The notes under the pieces were generated by a model. That model made no database searches, had not been told where the DNA came from, and saw nothing but the letters and a program-made list of their open reading frames with translations. Position numbers and translations under genes: made by a program. Shown here in pieces: positions 23,506 through 36,200 of a stretch of 64,000 nucleotides of DNA. The stretch comes from Mytilus californianus (taxonomy: Eukaryota): contig NW_026262581.1 of NCBI RefSeq assembly GCF_021869535.1, forward strand, positions 5,022,001 through 5,086,000, read 5' to 3'. The first letter of the stretch is position 1. Each line of letters opens with the position of its first letter.

Positions 23506-24928
23506 GCATTGTTCAACAAAGTGACGTTGGAAACTGTGAAATTGATAAAGTGTTAATTTCAACCTGACTAAAAACAACCACCAACAATGTATGTATTACC
23601 TGTCATGCGATTTTAAAGCCAAAATGTAGTCATGCAGTTTTTTTTTTTATTCAGTTCGCTATACAAACTTTTCATTTGGAAGATTCATCAACTGTGCTCG
23701 AATCAAAGTAGTTGGAAGGGCAAATTATTTTTGTTTGTTAATAGCATTGAACTCCAAAAAAAACACCGAAAAGTTGTGCCATATCTGACTATTGCAATAT
23801 ATGCCTGGGGAAAGAAAAAAAAAGTCTGATATGAAAATTAACATGTGTCTCCTATTTCATATATAATAACGTTTTTGACCGCATCCGGTCTCGATTCGTT
23901 TGGAGTTCAAACCTTTCCCTTGTATTTTTTTTCTTTGCTCTTTTGGTTAGAATATTCCAAATGGTTTTACGAGTTTAGAACATGGGTGTACTTCTGTCGC
24001 CTCTTATTTATCCAGAACTGATAAACTGAGTTATATTCAAAAGTAAAATAATAAAAATACCGAACTCCAAGGGAAATTCAAAACGGAAAATCCTTTATAA
24101 AATAGCAGAATCAAAAGCTCAAAACATCAAACGAATAGAAAACAATTGTCATATTCAAAGGAGACTCGAGACATACCTTGGTTTTACGAGTTTAAAACAT
24201 TGATACACTTATGTCGACACTTATTTATCTAGAACTGGAAAAGTAAAGAGTAAAGGAGACTCGGGACATTAATTATTTATTAGTTGAAATTGGGTTCGAT
24301 TCAGCTTTCAGTAAAAACACTTATAAATACCAGGATTAGAATTTTGTTCGTTATGCTTGTAAATGTAAGAACGCCGTTGTTGGTTTTTTTACCTTTTTTT
24401 TTTGTGTTTAGTACCGGTCTAACGAGTCAAGCCCTTCCCAATCAAAATTTACAGATTGAACTAAATTTGCACCTTCCAAGTTAAAGACGCATTCACGTAA
24501 ATCAGGCCTTTTGCTAATTGTTGAAAGACGTACAGCAACCTGTAGTTTTTCATATTCTTTTCGTTCGGCCTTTGGTGAATTGTTGTTTTATTGGCAATCA
24601 TACCATATCTTTGTAGTTCTGTATTGTTAATTTTATTTACTTTTCAGTGCTATCCATGTTAAACATTGTTTACTTATTCGAGATGAATGTTTAGTTTTAA
24701 AAGATATTTTCGGTCTCAACACAGTAGATTTTATGTATTGTGTATCTTATTCGATTGGAAATGTGAAAGTAAATTCAATCAAATTATGTCGTAAATTTCA
24801 ATCAATTTTGGGACTTGAGAAAGAAGGTTAACTTTATAGCAATAAAAATATTTAATAAAACTTCGTCGGTATAATAAATGTTTTCTAAATATCGTCGGTA
24901 AATTATATCTATAAAATCGTAAATCTCT

Positions 24929-25360
24929 CTACAGCATCGATAGCGGGTAAAAATGACCATTCATCGATTGATCGGTCCTTGTCGTTCTCACTGATAAAAT
25001 GGCTGGGTCTACATCGGTTAAATCGCTCGCGTAACTTGGATGGTAATTGTTGTCTTGCGTCGGATACCCCACTGGCAGGAAAAGACGCGAAGCCCACGTT
25101 GTCTGCATACTATTAACGGAAACAGCGTTCTTGTTCGGATCTATATTATTCTGGTTACCAGCATTTTGTCTCTTTGTGGCTTCTGCTGTTGCTGCCCTCC
25201 TTATCGTTTTACATCGTAGTTCATCGATTTGTTTTCGTGCATCATTCACGACCGACTTCCGTTTGTCCACTGCTGTGAAAATTCCATCCAAATTTTTCTG
25301 TATTTCGTTAATTCTGTTTTCAAAAATTGCTTCGGAATCTGTATTAGTTGCTGCATCAAC
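24929..25360 (-). CDS. Terminal exon of RING/coiled-coil gene (VDAATNTDSEAIFENRINEIQKNLDGIF...PLSML*)
   Basis: TTCCAG acceptor, phase 0, 432-nt open frame with a heptad-like helical N-half; joins in frame to exon 27429-27627. Confidence 0.6.
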   Translation of the reverse strand, partial: VDAATNTDSEAIFENRINEIQKNLDGIFTAVDKRKSVVNDARKQIDELRCKTIRRAATAEATKRQNAGNQNNIDPNKNAVSVNSMQTTWASRLFLPVGYPTQDNNYHPSYASDLTDVDPAILSVRTTRTDQSMNGHFYPLSML

Positions 25361-25699
25361 CTGGAATGATTATGATTAAAAAATTATTTACAGTTCAATC
25401 CGGTTAATTACGTCGCATCAGCACAAAAGCACAACAGGCTATATCGAGACAATCATAATATTTATAGAATATTGTGTATTTTTGTGTGCGTTTTTCCAAA
25501 AGAATTGAAATAGGTTATGATGGTATCCCGTGATTTTGCTCCATTTCAACGTGTGTATAGGCCATTTTTACACCGTAGTGCTATCTTTGAATATGGTTTT
25601 TATCGGTACTAAGATTGAAATTGTTTTTGATAAATCAAAATATAACTAAATAAGTATTGCTTTTCATTTATAAAAAGGTATGGTCCTACATCCTGTAGA

Positions 25700-26390
25700 T
25701 ATCATGTACTTATATTTTAGCATTCTCAGACTATTTATGACGTCTTTACATTAAATCTGTTGGATGCGTACCGACTGCCACTTTAGTCTGATTTATTTAT
25801 TAGTTGGTTTTGGCTTTAGTTTTCAGTAACTGCGAGTACTTTTATATCGGTACTTTGTCCCTTTTGTCTTTATGTTAGTTGTTTCTTTTTTGTGCTTCGT
25901 GCCGATCTGATGAGTTAAGCCATTTCCAACTGAATTATACAGTTTGTTCTTATGTCGTGCTGTTAAATAAATGTCCAAGGTTGCTGGTGGAAGATTGAGC
26001 GCTCACAAACATGTTTAACCCCGCCACATTCTGTTTGTGCCCGATCCCAGTTAGGAGCCTGTAATGCAGTGGTTGTCTTTGTTTACTGTTTGTTTACTGT
26101 TTTTCGTTTATTGTTTTGTCATAAACCAGGCCGTTGTTTTTCGTTTCAAATGTTTCACATTTTGTCATGTTGTATCCTTTCATAGATAACTATACAGCAT
26201 GGGGTTTGTTAATTGTTGAAAGTCGCATTGTGACATTTTATTGCATCCACGTAATTTGGGCATAGTTTGACCTATAATTGTTTACTTTTTATACATTGTG
26301 ACTTGGGTGGAGAGTTGTCATTGGCACTACTACCACATCTTCTTATTTATAGTTGTCTCATTGGTAATCATACAACATATTATTTAATCT
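25700..26390 (+). mobile_element. Penelope-like family C 3' UTR fragment
   Basis: Colinear with 47620-48296 (ACGTCTTTACA..., AACATGTTTAACCCCGCCACATT..., GTTGTCTCATTGG tail). Confidence 0.75.
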
Positions 26391-26514
26391 TAAATTTACG
26401 AACATTTTACTCATCACAGTTACGCTTCATTAATGAGTAAACGTTTCACGAAAATCTGGCTAAACTTCCTGAAAATCTCGAATAGACCAGTTATAGCAAA
26501 CTGCTAAAAAATAA

Positions 26515-26752
26515 AATTGAGAATGGAAATGGGGAATGTGTCAAAGAGACAACAACCCGACCATAGAACAGACAACAGCAGAAGGTCACCAACAGGTCTT
26601 CAATGCAGCGAGAAATTCCCGCACCCGGAGTCGTCCTTCAGCTGGCCTCTAAACAAATATATATACTAGTTCAGTGATAATGAACGCCATACTAAACTCC
26701 AAATTGTACACAAGAAACTAAAATTAAAAATAATACAAGACTGACAAAGGCT
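26515..26752 (-). mobile_element. Penelope-like family A 3' end
   Basis: Reverse complement of about 8150-8382. Confidence 0.8.
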
Positions 26753-27129
26753 AATTTCTTAGCTAAAGTGTATGGGCTACCGAAAATACTCGGTCGAAAG
26801 TTATCTACATGCACTTCTTGTAACTAAATTCTTTCTATAATATGCAACTGTTGTCTATAATTGCTTACATCTACATCATTTGAACTTTGGTGGATAGTTG
26901 TCTCATTGGCAATCATACCACATCTTATTTTTAAATTGAATATATAATGATTTTTAATGGAACAATTTAGCAAGGACTAGGACATCCTACGGTAAAAGTG
27001 AGACCCGAGTTGAATATTAGATGAATAGAAAAAAAAAGCTTGAAATCGATTGATTTAGCACGATAGCAAGGACATGAATTACTTTTATTTCATTATTATT
27101 CTAGGTGTATTGCATGTAATTTTCTTGGG

Positions 27130-27345
27130 TTTATGGGTAAACGAGAGACGAAAGATACCTAAGGGACATTCAAACTCATAAGTCGAAAATAAACTGACAA
27201 CGCCATGGCAAGAAAAGACAAATAACAGTATACAAAACACAACATAGAAAACTAAAAACTGAGCAACACGAATCCCGCCAAACACTGGGAGTGATCTCAG
27301 GTGCTCCGGATAGGTAAGCAGACCCTGCTCCACATGTGGACAACG
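27130..27345 (-). mobile_element. Penelope-like family B 3' tail
   Basis: Reverse complement matches 50220-50435. Confidence 0.75.
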
Positions 27346-27428
27346 AAATCCACGCGGGATTTCATGTATAACAAAGATTATTGTTATCCGATTGGTTTAG
27401 GAGACTGACAGCATTGATGATCACTTGC

Positions 27429-27627
27429 CTTAAACGATGTCTTTAACTGCAATATGGTCTCAACAATGGACGACAAGACATAATTCACGTGTACTCCATT
27501 CTTCATACGCTGGATGTCTGAAATTGGCACTTTCAGACGACAATTTGGACAATCTATAGATAGGTCTACTCCACCCTTTGTTGTATTTACATTATTCACT
27601 TTGTGTTTTCCTATTTCCTGGATACAC
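27429..27627 (-). CDS. Exon encoding the C-terminal half of a RING finger (C...CPNCR...VNYVLSSIVE), TRIM/RING-like
   Basis: TTTGACAG acceptor (phase 2). CPxCR followed by N(Y/F)xLxxIVE is the usual post-RING helix. Donor is AAG|GCAAGT (GC-type). Confidence 0.65.
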
Positions 27628-28775
27628 CTGTCAAATACAGAGAAAATTATGTAAGACATGCAATTATATCGTTTAAAGCAAAAAGGTACAATATCATTAT
27701 ACTTTTAAAATAGCTCTGATCAGAAACTGCAAGCGACATCAAATGGCCGTTATCAATATAAAATAAAGAGTTGTGGTGTGATTGCCAGTGAGACAACTAC
27801 TAGTATCCACCAGAGACCTAATGACGTAGATATTAGCAACTGCTAGTATAAGTCACTGTTCGTCCTTCAAAACCCATACCGCAAAGCAAGCTATATATAA
27901 AAGGCCCCGGCATAACAAAAGGTAAAAGTATACATCCGAAAAAGAAAATAAAATTATAATAACACTGTTTTACGAGGAAAGTTGCATAGCTTTATTAGTT
28001 AGTTTAATAACCTCTATTGTAGAGAGACGTATACTTCGTATGAATTTCACGTTACCCGTTTGATATTTATAGCAAAATATTACACAAATATTGACAAGGA
28101 AGTATTGCAAAATGTGATAAAAAAAAACCTTTTAATCAAATTTATTTATCAAAATAATCTCAAAATTGATTTTTCTGTGAAGTGTTTTGTCACATGGACT
28201 GTTGTTGGTCTGTTATGTTTTTTTTTTCTATTTTCCTTTAACTTTTGGTTGCCCTCGTCTTACCTTTTTCCTATTTTTTTACAATTAAATATTGTTTTTA
28301 TGTAGGACAATTGTAAAATAACTACATAGTAGCTTTTCAGATGGTGCTCTGCATGTTAAAAGAGTGCCATTATAAATGTCTATATTGTAAATTTTTTACA
28401 GTTATGCGTGCAACATAATGAATTAGTTGTTTTCAAGTGAACAATACTCGTCGGTCAAACCACGGCAAAATAAAATATTTCTTTCATAAATCATTTCCTT
28501 TTTGTATGTAAGTCTAATAATATCCAATGCAAACCGGTCGCCGCAAAAGTAATAACATTCTAAATATGTCCATACCCATGCCAAAGATCTTATAGGTGAA
28601 AATACTGGTTTGTTAGTCTATATTTTTGCTTTCTTAGCTTTTAAATTTGGTGTTTGTTGGTTAGACCAGATGTAATTTTTTTAAACTCAGAACGGAAAAG
28701 ATTCAAAAGTTTATCGATAAATTATAACGCGGAATATGTAAAACGGGGGATTAGGGGAGGGGAAGTAAGATTTAC

Positions 28776-28825
28776 CTGTTTGACCGAGCCCTCGAGCGCC
28801 TCAGGAATACCTTCTTTCGACCCAT
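28776..28825 (-). CDS. Candidate first coding exon of the RING/coiled-coil gene (MGRKKVFLRRSRARSN)
   Basis: Acceptor at 28843-28844, donor CAG|GTAAAT, phase 2 matching the next exon; no homology support. Confidence 0.3.
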
Positions 28826-29194
28826 TATTACAATTATTCCTTCTGAATATGATATATCTGTTCAATACATTCTAAAACTTTGGCAAATGACATTTGAGAG
28901 AGACATTTTGATTATTGTTTTATAATTTAATCTTCATAATTGAAAGGCTGATTGGCGGATAAATGATATATTTTCTGTGTGTATATACGATTCCTCCAAA
29001 CAAATGTTGTTAGGTCACGGATACTTAAGTGTTATCCTTATTTGTCAAGCACGCCACAGATGTTTAAGCTGATATCTCGTTTACAGTTGTGTAATGGTGA
29101 GAAAATGACAGATAGAGTTATTGTTTTGTTAAACGTGTAAGGAACAGGTAAAATTTGAAGGTTGATCGAGGTAATTGCGTGAATTTTCAATAAA

Positions 29195-29476
29195 ATATGC
29201 ATGTGTCCATGGGACACATATGATGCATCCCGGCTTGCATATAACGTTGTAAAGGAACATAACTCAAGATCGGTAAAAGGACTGCAACCTAAATTCGAAC
29301 TTGATCTATGTTTTGTGGTAATAAGCATTTTGTATAAGTTTCATAACATTTGGTTGAGGCAAACTAAAGTTAGAGAACGGACACCAATTTTGGGATGTAC
29401 AGACGGACGGGCGGACGTACAGACGGACAGGGGTAACACTTAATGCACCCCTCCGCTGCGGCGGGGGCACAAAAAA
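29195..29476 (+). mobile_element. HINE / pearl-like non-autonomous element
   Basis: 5' palindrome ATGTGTCC-ATG-GGACACAT, one core unit, (GACG/ACGG)-type microsatellite at 29398-29430, GC-rich 3' hairpin CCCCTCCGCTGCGGCGGGGG followed by an A-run. Confidence 0.7.
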
Positions 29477-30461
29477 GCACGACATAAAAAAAAGAAGAGA
29501 CGTACATTATACGATTTCGTTCGTCCGGTAAGCCCGTTCATATTTAACGTTATGTTAGCGACATCAAAAGACTTACTGAACGAACAAAGTTTCCGCGCTT
29601 GAAGGTATTACAAAAGCAGAAATATGAAAGGTTAAGTAAAGTGAATGACCGAGGCTCATTTGATGGTGAGGTGGTTCACCAGCACACAAAAAATGCATGC
29701 AGTACTCGTAATAGAGCCTCTTTCTTTTACTTGCATTCAAATTACACAAGTGCCTGGATTATCACAGTCCAATAGACGATGCTCATATTTTCTGGAATAT
29801 ATTGAAATGGCATATCAAAATCATGGTCTTCTTTCACTTTATGCACCCCTGTACTTTAGGGTTAGGATTCATTTATGGTAAAGTAGGTATAGGGCCCTTC
29901 CTTTACTTTATGGTCCCACTTCTCTGCCCCTTAAACTTTCGGCAAGAGGGTTTTTCTAGGTTATGGTTAGGTTTTAGGAGTAGGGCTAGTGTGAGAGATA
30001 GGTAAGGGTTAAGGCTAGGTTTAGGACTTTTATCTTTATACAGTAGTAAAAAATGAAAATAGATATTTAAAAATACTGTACTTAAAGAAGACTTGTTTAA
30101 AGTAATATTTTCAAGTTGCCACTTACTTGAGACAGAATGTATGACCGCATGGCAAAACTGTCGGTAGGTTGTAATATTCCCAACATATTCCACATTTCAG
30201 CAAATTAACGATATCTTGATTCAGAGTTACCGGGACTACGTTCGGACGGAGTGAAGGATCCATAACCGCAATCGAAACAACGCGACTGAAAAAAAAAATG
30301 CCGTCCGAAAAAAACGTCCTTTGTTATGAGTTGGCAACTATCGGCGTCATAGGAGCTCTAAGCGACGCAACAAACCCGGATGTTATACAAGATACAAGAT
30401 GCAAGCTTACGCTTCTGAAAACTGATGTCGAAAAGCATTGAAATACCAAAAGCTATAACTA

Positions 30462-31332
30462 TCTATACTCATGATTAAACGAGAAGACCTCATTTTGTGT
30501 GTCGCTTCTTTTCCTTCCCCAATAAATTAATCATCATGCCTCTGTGTCCTATAGGTACCATGCATAGTCGCATTTGTCATCCATTCTTATGATTATTCAG
30601 TTTGGGTTATTTTGGGAGAAAAACGAAGAAAAAGGTGTCCGGAAATTGTTTCCGTCATCAGACCGACTTTTAAGTCATACCCAAAACTTCCGATTTTAAA
30701 CTTTAAAAGAGGGGGTAAAGGTTTTTTTCGAGCAACGTGTTTTGCCACTTTTTATTTCACGTGCAGACGTGAAAAAGGTTCGTTATTCACCGTGTTTCTT
30801 GAAATCGATAAAAAGATCAACGTGCAAGAATTTTTCAATTGTTCGCTCATCGTGAAATGGCAATTTTATTTCGCGTTCTTTCGTGCAGATACCTCCCTTT
30901 ATTCCCCTTTTTAAACATAATTTTCATAATTACTCGGGGACAGGACAATTATTTTCGCGTTATTCTGCATGTATACTATGAATATAATCCTATAATATAT
31001 AGAGACTCTCTATGTAATATAGCAGTGATCGCCGTGGATGGAATTGATAGTTAATAGCAAATACACTTTATTTATATTATATGTAGATCTATGTTCATAG
31101 TATACAGAAACGCGAAAATCATGCAATTTAACAGAGAGCAAAAAAATAACTGAGTTTGGAAAAAAGGGAGAGGGCTTAAAATAATTGTCCTGTCTCCAAG
31201 TGCCTATGACTCAGTTTGATACCTTTTCTCAATTTCTCCAGACATAAAATCTTTTACAAAAATTCACCCTATAACAGTTTACATACTTTCAACCAAGCTC
31301 TAAATACCCGCGATTTCGCGGGTGTGTTCTAG
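30462..31332 (+). mobile_element. Non-autonomous Helitron with both termini
   Basis: 5' TC (A|TCTATACT...), 3' hairpin ACCCGCG-ATTT-CGCGGGT (31306-31323) then CTAG at 31329-31332; inserted between A and T with no TSD. Confidence 0.85.
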
Positions 31333-33136
31333 TGACAATAACTTGTGGAACGGTTTATGGAGCTCTCTGAAATTATACCACAAGTTTCCATACCACAAAG
31401 GGATGGTTAGGATTGGCTTTGGGGGGGTTATGGCTCAAACCGTTTAGGAATTAGGGGCAAAAAAGTGGGGGGGGGGGGTAAAAAATTTTTTTTTGAAAAA
31501 GTAGGGGGGCAAGTGAGCATTTCTCATCACATGGCGTCTGTCGTCGTCTGTCGTCGTACGTCATTAACTTTTACAAAAATTTTCTTCTCTGAAACTACTA
31601 GGCCAATTTTAACAAAACTTGGCCATAATCATCATTGGGGTACTTGTAACGAAGTCAGTAAGTGGATAAATAATTTTTTTATGTAATTACAAAGTTAAGA
31701 CTGTTTCTAAAGATCAAATGTTCGATTGTTCACAAACTGTCTCTGAAGTTAAATTGTTCGAATGTTCGTATCGTCACTCGGACACGTGATCGTATAGTGA
31801 TATAACTGTTCGGTCCTGACTGAGTAATTCGGATGGTTAGTGAATTAATTCCAGCCTACCCACAATGGGGGAGACCTTGGCGGAATCTCCTGTCGGATTC
31901 TATCTGTACGAATCTATCCCCGTTCGAGTCCAAAGCTGGATCTTATATAGTTCAGTGGGCCATTAATCATCTTTAAACAATGACCCATAGCTGTTGGCAG
32001 GTTGCGTAGTAGTCTGGATGTTGAATAATACTAGTCTGAGGTTAATTGTCAAACAATGCAATTAACCTCTGCAGGATACATGTTATTTAACAGTGGACAT
32101 TGTCATTTACTGGCTGCAGGGTATATGTCTATAATATTCGTACACATTGTTATTAAGTGTCTAAAGGGTAAATGTATTTGTTTCAGTTATGCTATATTTG
32201 ATTACACCTTGATACTTATTGTTATGAAACACATTGTGTTACATATCTAGTATATATAAAATCAGAAAGAATTGAAAAAAGATACAGGTTTGCCATTAAG
32301 AATGTCAAGATAAACAAAGGAAAAATAAAAAGAACAGTGCTGGCTATTGCCATTAGTTTAAATGTCTTTATTTATATAGAAATAAGGAGATGTGGCATGA
32401 TTGCAAATGAGACAACTATCCACCAAAGTTCAAATGAAGTGGATGTAAGCAATTATAGGCAACCGTACTGCCTTCAACAATGAAGGAAACCCATACCGTA
32501 TGGTCGGCTATAAAAGGCCCCGACATGAAAAATATGAAACAATTCAAATTAGAAAACTATCGGCCTAATTTATAACAAAACAATTACGAATGACTGTTTT
32601 GTCTTTTGTTGTAGTATATGTGTTCCCTCGTCTCTACTACACCGTATATTTGTCTTGCTCCTCATCGCGATATAAATACACCGTATGTTTCTATTAACTT
32701 CAAGTCTTGCTCCTTTTCGCGATATAAATAGATCAGGTTGACGCCGTCCGTTATATAAAGCAATCACCAATCAACCAATCAATCAATCGATTCCGTATAG
32801 AATGGGGTTATATAATATTTACCTTAGAATAATGGGAAATAACAGTTTAATACAATACCTATAAATTGAAGTTAATTTGTATTTATGTTTTAAATAGATC
32901 TTATTTACCTTTATCTTCATAAACGACGACTACCTATTTTTTTTATGAACATAGTGACTACGTATGCCAGAAAAGGTTAAAAATTCGTATCGAAAGTTCT
33001 AAAGACATGAATGGTTTCGCAATCGGGTTAATTTATCACAATATGTGTCATGCGTCAGTATTACGATAGCGTGCAGATATAATATACCTGACTTTCTCGC
33101 TCCTATTACTACAGAAAATTATCTTCGGCTAACACA

Positions 33137-33220
33137 ATGTGTGATATTTTAAAAGCGGAATTTAAGCTTCAAAATTTCGGCTTTCCATGCTCAAAACCCG
33201 AGGCTTTATACACATGCCAG
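33137..33220 (+). CDS. Rolling-stone-like first coding exon (absent from the ORF track)
   Basis: ATG at 33137, phase-0 donor CAG|GTATGT; an acceptor at 33113-33114 suggests a further upstream 5' UTR exon. Confidence 0.8.
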
Positions 33221-36200
33221 GTATGTGCTGATTTTTCTTTTAAACTTTTTCTTCCTGTTTTGTGTGATGAAATATTCACCCACGTGGTAGATATAATTGT
33301 CGAACGAATTTAATCATTTTGTTATTGATATTTTTTGTGCGGTTTGAAAAGATGGGAAAAATGAATTATTATGATAATCGTTTTAGTTTATGTTTTGCTT
33401 GTTTTTCAATGTAGATTGTTTTGCCATTCGTTTTTTTTTTCTTTTCGTCCTTAGTATGCCTATTTTTTTTAATAAAATAATAGTTCCGTGTTCACTTATT
33501 ATTGCTAAAGGATTAAAGAAATTTACACAGTAAATCTGACAGTAAATATTAATTTTGTTTGTTTGTTAGTTAGTTTGTGGTTTTTTTCTATTGGTTTGTT
33601 TTGTTTTGCTGTTATGTTGACGTATCTATTATTAATTTTTAAATCATGCAACTGAGTTGTGTTTCATTTTATTTCATAGTTTCGTGTCTAGGTTTTTTTT
33701 AAACTGAATTTAATCAATTCTGATAACAATAACCAATATCTACCGAATATATATAGCTTACTATATATACGGTATTGGTTTTTTGCTCATTGTGAAATGC
33801 CGTATGGCGACCTAAATTTGTTCACATGTTTTTTTTTCTTTTGATCTTGAATGGATAATTGTCTCACTAGCAATCATACTACATATCCTTATTTGCACAT
33901 TCATGCTAGGGCTGATATATTAACTGTTCACTACCATATGTATTAATTTGTTCTATTACTGAATCTCATTCTTAACCATTTGAAGAAACGTCCTACTTGT
34001 GAAACCCTTTCTTATCCGGAAAAGAAACTAACTTGCGTGTTTAGAAAGGGTGGAAAAATACATGACAATGAAAAATGGCATTATAATAACCAGGAAATAG
34101 AAGTTGAAAATAAGTTTAGTTATCATGGTATATTGTTAAATTTTTATGTCAAATATAATTTGTTACAGCAGAAACTTTCAGAACAGGGTAGAAAAGCTCT
34201 TTTTGCCTAAAGGAGAAATATAAAAGATATTGATTTGAATTTTGTTACTTTACTTTCACTTTTTGATACTTATATTAACAGTGTACTTTTTTATGGCTGC
34301 AAAATATGGGGCGCTCATATATAAGGCACCAGCTATATAGAGGATACATTTGGGCTATTGTAAAAATATTATGAAAGTAAAAAGCTCTTCTAGTAATGTC
34401 ATGGTGTATTATGATCTAGGTAGATTGCCATTATTGCAAACCCGAAAATGTAGAATTTTTTTAATACTGTTTAAGCTGCTCTGTACAACAAACTGTATTT
34501 TGAAAAACTGTTACTGTTTTTTATATGATGATTTACAAAATTGTCCAAATAATAAGACAAATTGGTTGCATTTTATTAAAAATTAGCTGCTTAGTATAGG
34601 TTTAGGTGATATTTGGTATAATCAAGGTTTATTTTTAGATAGTAAGCTTTCCAGTACTTTTTACTTGATAATCAAACAGCGCCTGTTTGATTGTCTGAAG
34701 CAAGATTTTGACAGCCAACTGAGTAATTTAGTTAAATGCTCAAGTTATAGATATATGGTTCAAAATTTTTGTTTACAATATTACTTATTTAAACCACTAC
34801 CAGTTATTTATAAGACATGTGGACGTTACTCTGCAATTCAAAGAGGTAATAGACTCTGTAATTTTGTAAAAAATGACATTGAGGATGAGGTACATTTCAT
34901 TTATAAATGTCCCTCTTATCAAGGTCTTAGATCTTATTTTATTAAACCTTATTATTGGAGAAAACCTTCTATGTGTAAATATATACAATTAATGAGTTCG
35001 AATAATCTTAGAGATCTATGTAATTTGGGTAAATGTATTCTTCGTGCACAAAAAATAAGATCTAACATGTTGTAATATGTTTCACACTACCTTCTGTTAT
35101 CTATGTATACTGTGTGTAGTTTTATATGTCGTATTCCTATAGTATTATGACTTTGGTAAATAAAGAGTATTATTAGTAACATACTTAATATTGGAAATTC
35201 TTATTTTCAAAACAGAGAGCAAAGCGAAAACATTTTCTCTAACTGTTTTTACCTTTTTGTTGTGTATCTGTTCAACAACCAAATATTTTCCCATGTTATA
35301 GTATGCCTTAAACAGGCACGCAGCATTTAGAGCTTTCATACCCCATTTGTAAAGATCTTCCGAACCCCTTCTTTCTCGTTATAAAGAGTTGAAAAGCAAA
35401 CCTGATTCCTCAATAATAATAATAATAATATAATAATATTTTATTCAATAACATATCAAGCATATAAGTTTTACAATACAATATATACAATACATAAAGA
35501 CATATACTAACACATACTAGTACTTGATAAAACAGAGCATCTAGTGAGTGTAGTACCTTTGTGTATGGAAAAAAAATGCTGATATTTTATCAGGGATAGC
35601 CCATAAAGCTCTGAAGCTTGTTTCAAATGGGGTCCCTTCATGTAAACCGCTAATAGTTTCGACATCCCCTGTAAAGTCTTTTGCTTTAATTACAAGTAAG
35701 TCGTGAAAACTGTTTTGCCAGAATTTTTAACTGAGCAAAATATAGCAAATCTTCGTATGTAAAGTTTATAACAAGTGGAAGTACAGAAGAAAAAAACACG
35801 GAAAAAGAGGCGAGAAAAGCTGGGATATGGGCACCGAATGTTTTTTTTTTTTGTTGTTGTTGATCTTTCGGGGCTTCCCGAACGGAAAACTAAATTCAAA
35901 CGGTTTGTCAAATCCTTCACGAGCCGTTCAATGCAATGTTTCCTAATGGCACATAATGAACAGTGTGGCTGTTTACACTCTTCTGGAGTACCCGAGTTCA
36001 ACCTCGATATAGATTGGGGCTATGCGTTACTCACATGATTAAGTGGTCAGTGATGTGTTGTACTTTTTAGCGACTATTTTTTTATATAACCATGGTCTTA
36101 CAAATTCTGCTTTTTTTAAGTGATTTTACGGTGTTTTATTTGTTTTTTTTTTATCGCGCCTTATATGTTAAAGTTCTATCGTACAAAATATATATATGGG

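Noticed and set aside
25905-25935. TGATGA...CTGA box C/D or K-turn-like motif (variant at about 47895)
   Set aside because: Too short for a snoRNA, lies inside a retroelement UTR, and the second copy has TGAAGA.
29577-29783. Minus-strand segment with a good acceptor and GTAAGT donor and some Cys/His codons
   Set aside because: All three frames hit stops near the acceptor and no RING or B-box spacing is present; at most a 5' UTR exon.
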